This document shows positions 1-13,100 of a stretch of DNA of 64,000 nt, piece by piece; the stretch's first letter is position 1, and each line of letters starts with the position of its first letter. Under the pieces are notes generated by a model. It had not been told where the DNA came from. It searched no databases and was given only the letters and a program-made list of their open reading frames with translations. Source of the stretch: Felis catus (taxonomy: Eukaryota); the NCBI RefSeq assembly GCF_018350175.1, contig NC_058368.1, forward strand, positions 22,570,001-22,634,000, read 5' to 3'. The position numbers were made by a program, and so were the translations under genes.

Positions 1-571
1 CATGCTCAGATTTTTCCTGAAAGAAAATTTTTCCTGAAAGATTTTTCCTTGTGCACTTGAGGATACCTACACATTTCAAAGCTTTTGCATATGAGAGGCT
101 AAAATTAAGTTAGTATCTTCAGAATGATAATTTTCAAATGAGGTGAATTGTGCTCATTAGCATGTTCTATTCGAGGAAAATGAATATATGGTTCCATTTT
201 CAAGGTGGATTTGAGGGTAGCTCAGGCTCTCATGGAGTGGAGAGAAAATGGCAGAGTCAGAGAGCCGCGGGGTTGACTTCTATCCTTGCCTTTTATTAGC
301 AGTGAAAGATCCTTAATATTTCTGAACCTCAGTGTTCTCATATTTGTATTTACATAATAAGGTTGTTAAGATGATTTGATGAGCTAATGTAAGTGCTGGG
401 CACATAGAACATCCTTAAATAATGTTTATTCCTGTCTACCCTTCTGGTGTCATTTACATAGCCTTCTGAGTTCACCACCTATGTACTGAGTACCAGTTAT
501 GTGTCAGCAGACATTTTAATAGGCTGTGGGGTAAAGGGATGCATCAGAGAGACAGTCCCACCTTCAAAGGG

Positions 572-800
572 TTTTTTTTAATGTTTTTATTTATTTTTGA
601 GAGAGAAAGAGAGAGAGAGAGAGAGAGACAGGGTACTAGTGAGGAGGGGCAGAGAGAGAGGGAGTCACACAATCCAAAGGAGGCTCCAGGCTCTGAGCTG
701 TCAGCACAGAGCCCAATGCAGGGCTCAAACTCACGAACCTTAAGATCGTGACCTGAGCCGAAGTCGGACGCTTAACCGACTGAGCCACCCAGACACCCCC
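572..800 (-). mobile_element. Can-SINE
   Basis: tRNA-derived head, (GA)n tract, TTTATT/T tail. Confidence 0.92.
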
Positions 801-2112
801 AGAGGGCTTTTAAACTAGTGGAGAAGGCAGGCCATGGCTAAGTGAATTCAAGAGAATAAGAACAATAATAACATCATGTCCAGGGTCCCCATATCTTAGC
901 CTAGGAAATAAGAGAGAGACCTTTACAGAGGTGTCCCTTGAGTTTGGTCTTCAATCATGAGAAGAAGCTCACTAGGTAGCCAAGAAGAGCAGGTGTAAAA
1001 GCAAAGACAAAGAGCATGGAGTGTTCTACAACTGATGAGAGTTTCTTTTTATCTCTAGAATACCTGGTCCAGAGACTATGACACTCTCTCCTTTGGCTGG
1101 CATCCATGTCGAATCTCTGGGCATTGTAGTCAATAGAGAAACCAAAAATCATTAATGACTATTGCATAAATGAACCCAGGCCGACAAGTCTACCTGGAAA
1201 ATTCTTAGCTCACACTTTTCTCTCGCTCTAACTTTTTCTGTTACCTTTTCATGGGGAGAATTAAGCAAATCAAAATGGTGGTGTCTGGCTGTAAATAGGT
1301 CCTGCCTGTCACTGTTGATCACGAGAGATTTTTCTTTCTGAAATCAGATCATTTAACCTCATTTATAACAGCCATGTTCAGGTGCTGGGAGAGCGGATGC
1401 TGCTAATAATAACAACTGACCAATGACTTTCCAGCAAATATAGGATAAGTCACCCAGTAGGTAGAAGAGTTAGTTCCTCCATGTCCATTTCATAAAGAAA
1501 ATTCTAGAGCTTTAATTAGTTTAGTATTATGAGTGGCCATTCCCAGATATAGTTCTTATGTCTCTATACTCTTTTATAAACCACGGACATCTGCCAGCTG
1601 CTCCTACTGAGACGAGAATGTTTCTATCCAGGCAGAGGGACAGAAACATGGTAGAAAATGAGCAGGCTGAAACCAATAAGGAGAAATACGAGAAGAAAAA
1701 AATGCACAGTCGACTTTTGCTGTGTATTTTAAGAGAAATTCCAGTCCAGTTGTAGCTGAGAGATGATTCATCCTGTCTACAGAAGCACCAAGAGGAATGA
1801 ACAAAAAACAAGATTCTGTTTTACATAATTCTCATTTTCATGCAAAGAGCTATGCGAACAGCTCATGAAATTAGCCAGCAATTGAACCACCTCACTATTT
1901 AGAGTGTCAGGCGGAGTGCACGAGATTATTCCAGATAAGGATTATGACAGCTGGTCAGTTAGAAGACTATCATAGACCATGCCCTTCCCTTGAGAACATC
2001 AGGGAAATGTCAAAGCCCCTCAGAGAGACTGGGGAGATTAATGTATATGGGTCTTTAGGTTGCAACAGAGACCTTCTCAAACGACCTCCGAAAAGGGAGC
2101 TCAGGGAGTTAT

Positions 2113-2290
2113 CAGTGACCTTCAAACGTGGCTACACATTCACCTCACCTGAGGAGTTTTTAAAGCTATTGAGATCTGGATCTCACTCCAGAGATTCTCA
2201 TTTATTTAGTCTAGAGTGCGACTTGGGAAATCGGGACTTTTTTCAACTCCCCAGGTAATTCTAATGTACAGTAGGGGATGCAAACCACTG
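2113..2290. mobile_element. MER5A-like hAT-Charlie MITE
   Basis: CAGTG...CACTG termini, about 180 bp, with CTCCCCAGGTAATTCTAATGTACAG. Confidence 0.8.
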
Positions 2291-3201
2291 ATAGAGATGA
2301 GCAACAACGGGAAGGGGAACAGAAGGATGCCAGGAAGTCGGGCCACCTCACTACACAGCTTCAGGAAGCACCAACCACTAGGCGTTCTGTGTGAATGGCG
2401 ACCCCCAGAGCACAACTCCAGACATACAATCCTGTGGCAGTATTGACAACTGATACTCTCCAGCTCTTTAATGGGGGGACCAACAGATTCTAACTCAAGT
2501 CTTGAACACTGCTTCATGTCCTTTCATTACAGCTATGTTCCTAATGACTCAAGTCTCTTGATTCCCCAATTTCAAATTCCTGGGAGAAGAATTTTATATA
2601 TCCATCTCATCTTTTTGAGACAGATGACAAAAGTCACTTGCTTCTGACAAGCCTACGGATGAGGTACACTCGAGGCAGGTGGCCACCTCAAACCATCATG
2701 GATGTGGAAACCTGTGGTGCTGGCCATTGAAGGACTAGAGGTCTGGGCACAGACACCTTTTCTCAGGAAGTGTGCGTAGGAAGGTAGTAAGTGGTATCTT
2801 AAACACAACGAGTTTAGCAGATGCTGACAGATTTCATTAACAAGGCTTGAACCTTGGGTGACCATAGGATTAACTGACCAAATGGGACGTTTCTGAGAGT
2901 GAAAGGGTGCTATTACATTGGGACAGAAGGTGTAAGCTAGAATGGTTTACACATATGACCATCCTAGTTTGGTTTAAATTGTGATAAAAGCGGAGAAAAA
3001 AAAGGGACCTAGGTAAGATTTCAGGTTATGGATCTGGAAAATAATCACGTGTTATAGACATATATGGAAGCACCAGAGTGAAGAAGGCTCTGTGAAGAAA
3101 TACACTCCAGTAACTTCTCCTGTATACGCTGGAAATTCATGGAGACGCAGGTCCCCGCATTCTGTCAGTTCTAGTTATAAAAAATGCCTGTCTACGACAG
3201 G

Positions 3202-3645
3202 TGTATTAATTTCCTAGGGCTGCCATAATAACTCACCACAAACTTGATGGCTTAGAATAATAGAGATGAATTCTGTCACAGTGCTGGAGGTTAGAAGTCT
3301 GAAATTACAGTGTCCCTAGGCTCTAGTGTTGAAGACTAAGGGAGAATCCTTCCTTGCCTCTTGCAGCTTCTGGTGACCCCAGGCGTTCCTTGGCCATGGA
3401 TGCATAACTCCAACACTTGCCTCTGCCTTCACACGGTATTTTTTTTCTGTTCATGTCTTATTCTCTTTTATCTCTTATAAGGACAGTTGTCCCTAGATTT
3501 AGGGCTTACCCAGTTATTTCAGAATATATCATTTTGAGTTTGTTAACTTAATTACATCTGCAAAGACCCTTTTTCCAAATAAGGTCACATTCACAGGTTC
3601 CAGGTAGACATATATTTTGGGGATCCATCATTCAACCCACTATGG
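3202..3645 (-). mobile_element. MaLR solo LTR (MLT1C/D-like)
   Basis: TGTATTAATTTCCTAGGGCTGCCATAA start, and ACATCTGCAAAGACCCTTTTTCCAAATAAGGTCACATTCACAGG near the other end. Confidence 0.88.
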
Positions 3646-3724
3646 TAGGTAAGGAACCTAGAGTCCACTTCACTTAGAACAGTATGGTTTGAAGAAGAGG
3701 TATTTAAGAATCCATTTTCAGGTA

Positions 3725-4135
3725 CTGTATGTTAGACTCTGTTGCAAGTAGCAGAAAACTCACCTAAAACTGGCCTAAACAATAAAGCAGATTAATGGGT
3801 TCAATGGGCTAGCTTCGAGTGAGGCTTGAACCAGTAGCTTAATCCCGTTTCATTCCAAGCCTCCACTTTGCCTTCATAGAGGTGCTTTCTGAAGTAGCTG
3901 ACTTCACTTGTGGTCCTATAATGGCAGCATGTAGCTCCTAGGGCTGCAACTACTCTTGTTCAGGATCTCCAGGGAAGGAGAGTCCACTTTTCAACGTTGC
4001 AAACTGAAGCACTGGAATTAAACCTTTATGGCTTTTGTTGGTCAGACTTGGCTTCAGGCAATGGGAAAATTTGATTAGTTTAAGTCAATTGAGATTGACC
4101 TTAGTTGGATTTGAGATGAAAGTCAATCCAACTCA
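3725..4135 (-). mobile_element. Old MaLR LTR (MLT1K/L-like)
   Basis: TTAGACTCTGTTGCAAGTAGCAGAAAACTCACC...AAACAATAAAG resembles the old MLT1 terminus. Confidence 0.55.
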
Positions 4136-4274
4136 AACCACATGGTTGAGACTTCAGATACTGATAAAAAAAAAAAAAAAGAAAGAAGGAAAATGATAAG
4201 GATGTTGGAGAAACAACCAGCATCACAGAACCACTATAGGTTTCATTAAATAATGAAAATGAGAAAGTAATAAC

Positions 4275-4445
4275 TAGAAGTAATATCTTCCGAGTATTCA
4301 TCATGCACCATGCACTACATGTAAACTACATCATATGTTCACAACAGCTAGAAGAGGTACTATCATTATCCCCATTTTACAGATCAGGAAACAGAGGCTT
4401 GAAATGTTAAGTAGCTTACTCAAAGTCACACAGGTAGTAAGTATA
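4275..4445 (-). mobile_element. MIR SINE
   Basis: Core ATTATCCCCATTTTACAGATCAGGAAACAGAGGCTT...AAGTCACACAG. Confidence 0.8.
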
Positions 4446-5728
4446 TGATTCTGAAGGCAGTGAGGACTGTCATGATCAAATGTATTTTAGAAATATCATT
4501 CTGGTAGTAGCATAGAGGAGGAATTAGCAGAGTAAGAGTGGCTGCAGGGAGGTCAGTAATCAAGATAAGGGGCAATGAGGACTTGAACCAGGGCAAGGGC
4601 AGAAGGGAAAGGGAGTGGTAACTGGTGTGAGAAATATCAAGGACGTTGAATCAGTGGACTTGGTAACGGTGTGGAGGGGGGACAATATAGGAATCAGTGA
4701 TGAACCCCAGGTCTCCAATTTGAATGACTCAGCTCATTCAGTACCATTAACTGAAATTGTCATGATAGCTTACATTTATAGAAATGCTTACTTTGTACCA
4801 AGTGCTTCACAGGGATTTGCTCATTTAATCTTCTCAGTGTCCTTATAATGCTACATGATAAACCACAAAATCTCAGTAGCACTCATCAATAAGCCTTTAT
4901 TCAGCCAATGTGTGCCTGTGAGTGGAGAATGGAGGTGAGCTAAGGCACAGCTGAGGAAGTGTGACGCTGTCCCACGTACCCGTCGTCTTCATCTTGGGGC
5001 CAGCAGGTGGAAGAAATCTTCCTTACCAGCTAGCAACACTTATTGCAAAGATGCATTTAACCCAAGTGCGATATTGACTTATGGATGGCAAAATAAACCC
5101 ATGGAATTTTTTTCTCCAAAAAAGACTTGGTGAAGGAATGAAGAAATGGAACTTTGTCATTGTTACTGGCAGTAAACACCAGTACAACCATTTTTAAAGA
5201 CAACTCAGCAATATCTAGTAAAGTTAAAGATGTCTATAGCCTCTCACCTATGACCTATAACCAATTCCACTCTAGAGTGGAAAAAGCCAAATGCTAGTAT
5301 GTGGAGACCTGACACATGCAATGGCATCGTGCATCAGTGGGGAAAGGATGGCCTCGCCAATAAGTGGCACTAACACATTGCACATAGTAAGTTGAAATTA
5401 GATCTGCATCATACACTGGAACAAAAACAGATCAAGTGGGTAAAATATCTAAAATTATCTTTATCTTTATGAGAATGTCTTATGATCTCGGAATGGAGAA
5501 TGATTATTACAAAGTCACTAATCATTAAAAAGGAATGATAGATATATTTAAATATTAAAATCAAAACCTCTGACAACACAGGCAAGCCTCTTGGCTAACA
5601 CTGCCTTTCACTGACAATCATTCAGTATCCAGAATATACCTAAAACTTTTATAAATATATAAAAAATGGGAAACAACATGGTACTGAAACAGGTAAAGGA
5701 TATTAAGAAGCAAATCAAAAAAGAGGAT

Positions 5729-5938
5729 TTTTTTAACGTTTATTTATTTTTGAGAGACAGAGAGAGACAGAGCATGAGTGGGGAGAGGCAAAGAGAGAGA
5801 CGGAGACACAGAATTCAAAGCAGGCTCCATACTCTGAGCCATCAGCACAGAGCCCAATGTGGGACTTGAACCCAGGACCATGAGATCATGACCTAAACTG
5901 AAGTCGGATGCCCAATTGACTGAGCCACCCAGGAGCCC
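5729..5938 (-). mobile_element. Can-SINE (first of a tandem pair)
   Basis: Full SINE flanked by AAAAAGAGGAT. Confidence 0.92.
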
Positions 5939-5949
5939 AAAAAGAGGAT

Positions 5950-6014
5950 TTTTAAAAAATGTTTATTTATTGAGAGAGAGAATGCAAGTGAGCAAGTGTG
6001 CAAGGGGAAGGGAC

Positions 6015-6064
<50 letters not shown>

Positions 6065-6192
6065 TCCCAAGCAGGCTTTACACTGTCAGTGCAGAGCCTT
6101 ACATGGGACTCAATCCCACAACTTGTGAGTTCATGACCTGAGCCGAAATCCAGAGTCAGACACTTAACTGACTGAGTCACTCAGCCACCCCC
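5950..6192 (-). mobile_element. Can-SINE (second of a tandem pair)
   Basis: Full SINE with a long (GA)n tract, flanked by AAAAAGAGGAT. Confidence 0.92.
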
Positions 6193-6612
6193 AAAAAGAG
6201 GATATTTAAATTGCCAACATGCATATGAAAAATTCTCAATTCACTAAGAATCAAGGAAAAACAAATTAAAATCACAATGAGACATTGTTTCACCCCCATC
6301 AATCTGGTAAAGAATAAAAAGTCTGCCATTATCAAGAGTCAGCAAGGAAAAATACATCAATGTCATGAAATAAAAAAATAAGGCTGAAGAATTTTTCTAA
6401 ATTAAAGAGGATTAAAGAACCCTCAAGATACATGACAATTAAATGCAATATTCAATCCCTGATTAGATTCTGGACTGGGGGAATATTTTTAAAGAGCATG
6501 ATTACGTCAATGGGAAATTTGAATCTGGACAACATAATAGAATTATATCATTGCTTGATTTCTTGAGTATAATAACTGCATTATGTTATGTAGGAGAATG
6601 TTCTCATTCTAA

Positions 6613-6725
6613 GATCTATCTATCTATCTATCTATCTCTATATATAGTAGATATATCTATATATTTTCTATATATATATCTATAGATATAGATATATATA
6701 TCTATATATTTTCGATATATGTATA
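6613..6725. repeat. (TCTA)n/(TA)n microsatellite
   Basis: Directly visible. Confidence 0.9.
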
Positions 6726-7470
6726 CATGTTAAAATATGGAAAACAAAGGCCCAGAAATTTGAAGTGAGAGAAAGCAAAGCAAATGAAGCAAAATGTTAA
6801 CAACCGTTGAATTGAAATAAAGTATATACATATGTTCATTGTACCATCTTGGCAACTTTTCTGTAAATTTGAAATTTTTCCCATAAAGAGGAGGCAAGGA
6901 CATGAAAAAATGGAAACTTTGTCATTGTTATTGGCCACATAAATTGATACAACCACTTTTAGAGAACAATTTGACAATATCTAGTAAAGTTAAAGCTATC
7001 TCATCCTATGACCCACCAATTCTACTGGAGATATTTTCTTAAATTGCACAAATAGATGTGTATAAGAAAGTTCACTGTGGTACTGGTTTTACAGGAAAAA
7101 AAATAGAGAGTAATTAAATGTTCACAGACTAGTCAAAGAAAGCATCTCTTCCTACAATTCAGTGGTTAGAGTGAATGAACTCATCCTATGTGCATCAGTA
7201 TTTTTAAATCTCAAAAATAATATTGAGTGAAGAAAGCAATTTACAGAAGTATCTGTGCTGTACTATATCATTTCCATACTGTTAAAATAGTTCAAAACAA
7301 TACTAAATCTTGTTTATGGATCCATACATATGTAGTCAGTGTTTAAAAATATTGGGGATGGATGATAAACATCGAAATTCAAGATAGTAGAGGGAGAGAG
7401 AGGAAATGTAATTTTGGATGCCCTCCCTTTCCAAATAGGAATCTTCAACTGTATCTGTAATTTACTTCTT

Positions 7471-7669
7471 TTTTTTTTTTAAGTTTATTTATTTATTTTG
7501 AGAGAGAGCAGGCACATGAATGGGGGAGGGGCAGAGAGAGAGAGGGAGAGAGAGGGAGAGAATCCCATGTAGGCTTTGCACTATCAGCACAGAGTCTGAT
7601 GCGGGGCTTGAACTCACAAGTGAGTTCATGACCTGAGCTGAAGTCAGACGCTTAATGACTGACACCCCC
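7471..7669 (-). mobile_element. Can-SINE
   Basis: 16-bp TSD CTGTAATTTACTTCTT at 7455-7470 and 7670-7685. Confidence 0.92.
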
Positions 7670-8172
7670 CTGTAATTTACTTCTTAACACAGTAATTTGG
7701 GGATGATGTAGCAAAATGTTAACACATCACAAAGCTGGGTGGTGGAGAACAGATGTTTGTTGTATTACTCTTTCTTCGTTACTGTAAGCATAAAATATTG
7801 ACAATATATTTTTGAAATCTTTGGCAAGACAGGACTGGAAAATGTGTATTTTCTTTTGCTTCTGTAGGAGGCATGCTAGAAACTTGCTCTAAACTCAGGA
7901 GATGGAGCTCTCAGGAGAGGCTGATTTCAGAAGGTAACAATTTCAAGGCAACAAGATTGCTGTGGTGGTTTTGTGCTCATGGAGAGCACTAAATTGACAG
8001 TGTAAGTATTGAGTTGAAACTAAAATGCTACATCTGAAGTTTAAAAAATGTGTGTATCTGTATCTGCAAGAAACTAAGGACAGTAGGTACAAGCTACAGC
8101 CCTGTAGAATGAACACAGCTAAAGGAAGACAAATATCCTGAAAGTTAATTGTGAATAAAACAAACCTGCCTA

Positions 8173-8400
8173 GGGGCACCTGGGTGGCTCAGTCAGTTGA
8201 GCATCCAGCTTCATCTCAGGTCATGATCTCTTGGTTCAGGAGTTCAAGCCCCACATCAGGTTCTGAGTTGTCAGCACAGAGCCTGGAGCCAGCTTGGGAT
8301 CTGTGTCTCCCTCTCTCTCTGCCCCTCCCCTGCCCATGCTCTGTCTCTGTCTCTGTCTCTCTCTCTCAAAAGAAGTAATAAACATTAAAAAAAAAAAACA
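8173..8400 (+). mobile_element. Can-SINE
   Basis: GGGGCACCTGGGTGGCTCAG head, (CT)n tract, AATAAA and poly(A). Confidence 0.93.
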
Positions 8401-8489
8401 ACCCAGACCTGCTTATAGCTGGGTTTCCTTCAGGAAGAACCCCTAGCTATTATTCAGAATCAGAGGGAGTATCAAGGTGAGGGCCAGAA

Positions 8490-8598
8490 GTCTGCACTGG
8501 CAGCCTGCTTGGGATTCTCTTTCTCTCCCTTTCTCTCTGCCCCTCCCCCACTGCTGCTCTGTCTCTCTCAAAATAAATAAATAAACTTAAAAAAAAAA
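8490..8598 (+). mobile_element. 5'-truncated Can-SINE
   Basis: 3' half only, flanked by GGGCCAGAAG repeats. Confidence 0.8.
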
Positions 8599-9026
8599 GA
8601 TGGGGGCCAGAAGGACTACCCCCAACTCCTTGCTACAAACAGGGACCTCCAGTCAAGCAAGAGCCTGAGGAAGCCCTGTGGGTTATGTACCAGATTTCCC
8701 TTTAACAGCCTCAGTGATATCCAGTGTGCCCTATCTTGTAACGTATCTTAGAGACAAGAATTGTGCTTACATAGAGCCTGTTCCTGCTTTTAAGTCCAAA
8801 CCAGTTTTACAGCTTAAGGTGTTCCACTCTCTGACTTGAGAACAAACAGGATATCTAAGAACTCGTTCATTTGGTTAACGTTCCGAATGGAGAGTATCTT
8901 TTTTGTGCCCAGCAGCAGGCTGGACTGGGCAGCTGAGGATGACACAGGGCAGGTCTGGGCCCTCAGGGAGCTCTTAGTCAAGCGTGGGAGGCAGACAATG
9001 GGTAAGATGCAGTAAGAAACATTCTT

Positions 9027-9252
9027 TTTTTTTTTTTTAATTTTTTTTTCAACGTTTATTTATTTTTGGGACAGAGAGAGACAGAGCATGAACGGGGGAG
9101 GGGCAGAGAGAGAGGGAGACACAGAATCGGAAACAGGCTCCAGGCTCCGAGCCATCAGCCCAGAGCCTGACGCGGGGCTCGAACTCACGGACCGCGAGAT
9201 CGTGACCTGGCTGAAGTCGGACGCTTAACCGACTGCGCCACCCAGGCGCCCC
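9027..9252 (-). mobile_element. Young feline Can-SINE (SINEC_Fc-like)
   Basis: CpG-intact. TSD AAGAAA(C/T)ATTCTT at 9014-9026 and 9253-9265. Confidence 0.95.
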
Positions 9253-10189
9253 AAGAAATATTCTTGTACTAGGGGTTACAGAAGCCCCTGGGAGCCAGGA
9301 AGGGCACGTGGAGCCCTGATGGAGGCCAGTGGGATTCTGCAGAGGAAGCAGTGTCAGAGCTGAGGACAAGTGGTCAAGAGGGCATGTGCAAAGCCTGGCT
9401 TTTGAGAGAGCATGGTGAGCTCAAGATTCTGCCCTTGAACGAAGAAAGATGGAGAAGAGAGATTCCCAACACTTTCAAGGCAAGCAGTCCTGTATTTTCA
9501 CAACCACAGGCTGAAACTGTTTGGGCTGGAGATTTCTAAATTTGAAGACTTCTGACTCGGATCAGTGACTGCTTTGATTTGCAGCCAGCCACGGAGGGCC
9601 CAGCAACAAACACCTATTGGAAGGAGCTGTTTTTCTTTCAGTCCTTCACCCAGCTCAGAGTAACCTCAAGTGACACCTTAGCTCCTGGGATGTCCAGCCA
9701 GCCCAGGAAACTGCTCCTGTACAGGAAGCTTATTTCATTAAGAGGTGTGGGCGTACTTGGGAGGAGAGGAGGCAGGAAAGAACACTCCAAAGCATGAAAG
9801 AGTCCCGCCAACCACCTCAGAGTTCCTGTGCATTCTGCAGTCAGAACGCTGAGATAGGAACCCTGACCCTGGATTCCAGCTGTGTGCCCTGAGACAAATT
9901 ATGTAACCTCTCTGAGCCTTAGTTCTCTTTTTCTTTTCTTTTTTTTCTATTATTTTATTTTATTTTATTTTTTAAATTTACATCCAAATTAGTTAGCATA
10001 TGGTGCAAAAATGGTTTCAGGAGTAGATTCCTTAGTGCCACTTTCCCATTTAGCCCATCCCCCCTCCCACAACCCCTCCTGTAACCCTCAGTTTGTTCTC
10101 CATATTTATGAGTCTCTTCTGTTTTGTCCCCCTCTCTGTTTTTATATTATTTTTGTTTCCCTTCCCTTATGTTCATCTGTTTTGTCTCT

Positions 10190-13100
10190 TGAAGTCCTCA
10201 TATGAGTGAAGTCATATGATATTTGTCTTTCTCTTACTAATTTTGCAAAAACCCTCCAGTTCCATCCATGTAGTTGCAAACGGCTAGATTTCATTCTTTT
10301 TGATTGCCCAGTAATACCCCATTGTATATATATATACCACATCTTCTTTATCCATTCATCCATTGATGAATATTTGAGCTCTTTCCATACTTTGGATATT
10401 GTTGATAGTGCTGCTATAAACATTGGGGTGCATGTGTCCCTTTGAAACAGCACACTTGTATCCCTTGGATAAATACCTAGTAGTGCAATGGCTGGGTCAT
10501 AGGGTAGTTCTATTTTAGTTTTTTAAGGAACCTCCATACTGTTTTCCAGAGTGGCTGCACCAGTTTGCATTCCCACCAACAATGCAAAAGCGATCCTCTT
10601 TCTCCACATCCTCACCAACATCTGTTGTTGTCTGAGTTGTTAATGTTAGCCATTCTGACAGGTGTGAGGTGATATCTCATTGTGGTTTTGATTTGTATTT
10701 CCCTGATAATGAGTGAAGTTGAGCATTTTTTCATGTGTCAGTTGGCCATCTGGATGTCTTCTTTGGAGAAGTGTCTATTCATGTCTTTTGCCAATTCTTC
10801 ACTGGAGTATTTGTTTTTCAGGTGTTGAGTTTGATAAGTTCTTTATAGATTTTGGATACTAACCCATTATCTGACATGTCGTTTGCAAATATCTTCTCCC
10901 ATTCTGTCGGTTGCCTTTTAGTTTTGCTGATTGTTTCCTTCGCTGTGCAGAAGCTTTTTATTTTGATGAGGTCCCCCTAGTTCATTTTTCTTGTTTTCCT
11001 TGCCTCTGGAGACACGTTGAGTAAGAAGTTGCTGTGGCCAAGATCAAAGAGGTTTTTGCCTGCTTTCTCCTTGAGGATTTTGATGGCTTCCTGTCTTACA
11101 TTGAGGTCCTCCATCCATTTTGAGTTTATTTTTGTGTAAGGTGTAAGAAAGTGGTCCAGGTTCATTTTTCTGCATGTCGCTGTCCAGTTTTCCCAGCACC
11201 ACTTGCTGAAGAGACTGTCTTTATTCCATTGGATAATCTTTCCTGCTTTGTCAAAGATTAGTTGGCCATACGTTTGTGGGTCCATATCTGGGTTCTCTAT
11301 TCTGTTCCATTGATCTGAGTGTCTGTTCTTGTGCCAGCACCAGACTGTCTTGATGATTACAGCTTTGTAGTATAGCTTGAAGTCTGGGATTGTGATGCCT
11401 CCTGCTTTGGTTTTCTTTTTCAAGATTGCTTTGGCTACTCAGGGTCTTTTCTGGTTCCACACAAATTTTAGGATTATTTGTTCTAGCTCTGTGAAGAATT
11501 TGATAGGGATCGCGTTGAATATGTAGATTGCTTTGGGTAGTATCGACATTTTAACAATATTTGTTCTTCCTATCCAGGAGCATGGAAAATTTTTCCATGT
11601 TTTTGTGTATTCTTCAATTTCTTTCATAAGCTTTCTATAGTTTTCAGTGTATAGATTTTTCACTTCTTTGGTTAGATTTATTCCTAGGTATTTTATGGTT
11701 TTTGGTGCAACTGTAAATGGGATCAATTCCATGATTTCTCTTTCTGTCGCTTCATTGTTGGTGTATAGGAATGCAACCGATTTCCATGCATTGATTTTAT
11801 ATCCTGCAACTTTGCTGAATTCATGAATCAGTTCTAGCAGTTTTTTGATGGAATCTTTAGGGTTTTCCAAATACAGTATCATGTCATCTGCAAAGAGTAA
11901 AAGTTTGACCTCCTCCTGGCCGATTTGGTATGCCTTTTATTTCTTTGTGTTGTCTGATTGCAGAGGCTAAGATTTCCGATACTATGTTGAATAATGGTGG
12001 CGAGAGTGGACATCCCTGTCTTGTTCCTGACCTTAGGGGGAAAGCTCTCAGTTTTTCCCCATTGAGGACGATATTACCGTTGGGCCTTTTGTATATGGCT
12101 TTTATGATCTCGAGGTATGATCCTTCTGTCCCTACTTTCTTGAGGGTTTTTATCAAGAAAGGATGCTGTATTTTGTCAAATGCTTTCTCTGCATCTATTG
12201 AGAGGATCGTATGGTTCTTGTCCTTTCTTTTATTGATGTGATGAATCATGTGAATTGTTTTGCAGATATTGAACCAGACTTGCATCCCAGGTATAAATCC
12301 TTCTTGGTCGTGGTGAATAATTTTTTTAATGTATTATTGGATCTGGTTGGCTACTATCTTGTTGAGGATTTTTGCCTCCATGTTCATCAGGGAAATTGGT
12401 CTATAGTTCTCCTTTTTAGTGGGGTCTCTGTCTGGTTTTGGAATCAAGGTCATGCTAGCTTCATAGAAAGAGTTTGGAAGTTTTCTTTCCATTTATATTT
12501 TTTGGAACAGCTTCAAGAGAATAGGTGTTAACTCTTCCTTAAATGTTTGGTAGAATTCCCCTGGAAAGCCATCTGGCCCTGGACTCTTGTTTTTTGGGAG
12601 GTTTTTGATTCCTAATTCGATTTCCTTACTGGTTATGGGTCTGTTCAAATTTTCTATTTCTTCCTGTTCCAGTTTTGGTAGTGTATATGTTTCTAGGAAT
12701 TGGTCCATTTCTTCCAGATTGCCCATTTTATTGGCATATAATTGCTCATAATATTCTCTTATTATTATTTTTATTTCTGCTGTGTTGGTTGTGATTTCTC
12801 CTCTTTCATTCTTGATTTTATGTATTTGGGTCCTTTCCTTTTTCTTTTTGATCAAACTGGCTAGTGGTTTATCAATTTTCTTAATTCTTTCAAAGAACCA
12901 GCTTCTGGTTTCATTGATCTCTTCTACTGATTTTTGGTTTTGATAGCATTGATTTCTGCTCTAATCTTTATTATTTCCTGTCCTCTGCTGTTTTGGGGTT
13001 TTATTTGCTGTTCTTTTTCCAGCTCCTTAAGGCCTCAGGTTAGGTTGTGTATCTGAGATCTTTCTTCCTTCTTTAGGAAGGCCTGGATTGCTATATACTT

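Larger units (their letters stand above)
5125..7810 (+). mobile_element. Cluster of ancient L1M(E)-type 3' fragments with nested SINEs
   Basis: L1 ORF2-end and 3' UTR motifs (AAATTAAAATCACAATGAGA, CCTATGACCCACCAATTC, CATGACAATTAAATGCAA). Confidence 0.7.

Noticed and set aside
1934..1953. AGATAA close to an E-box CAGCTG
   Set aside because: The order and orientation do not fit the GATA1-TAL1 composite, and such short motifs occur by chance.
9049..9369. Recurring ORF peptide GAPGWRSRLSVRLQPGHDLAVREFEPR (also at 26353 and 47466)
   Set aside because: Incidental translation of near-identical SINE copies, not a gene family.
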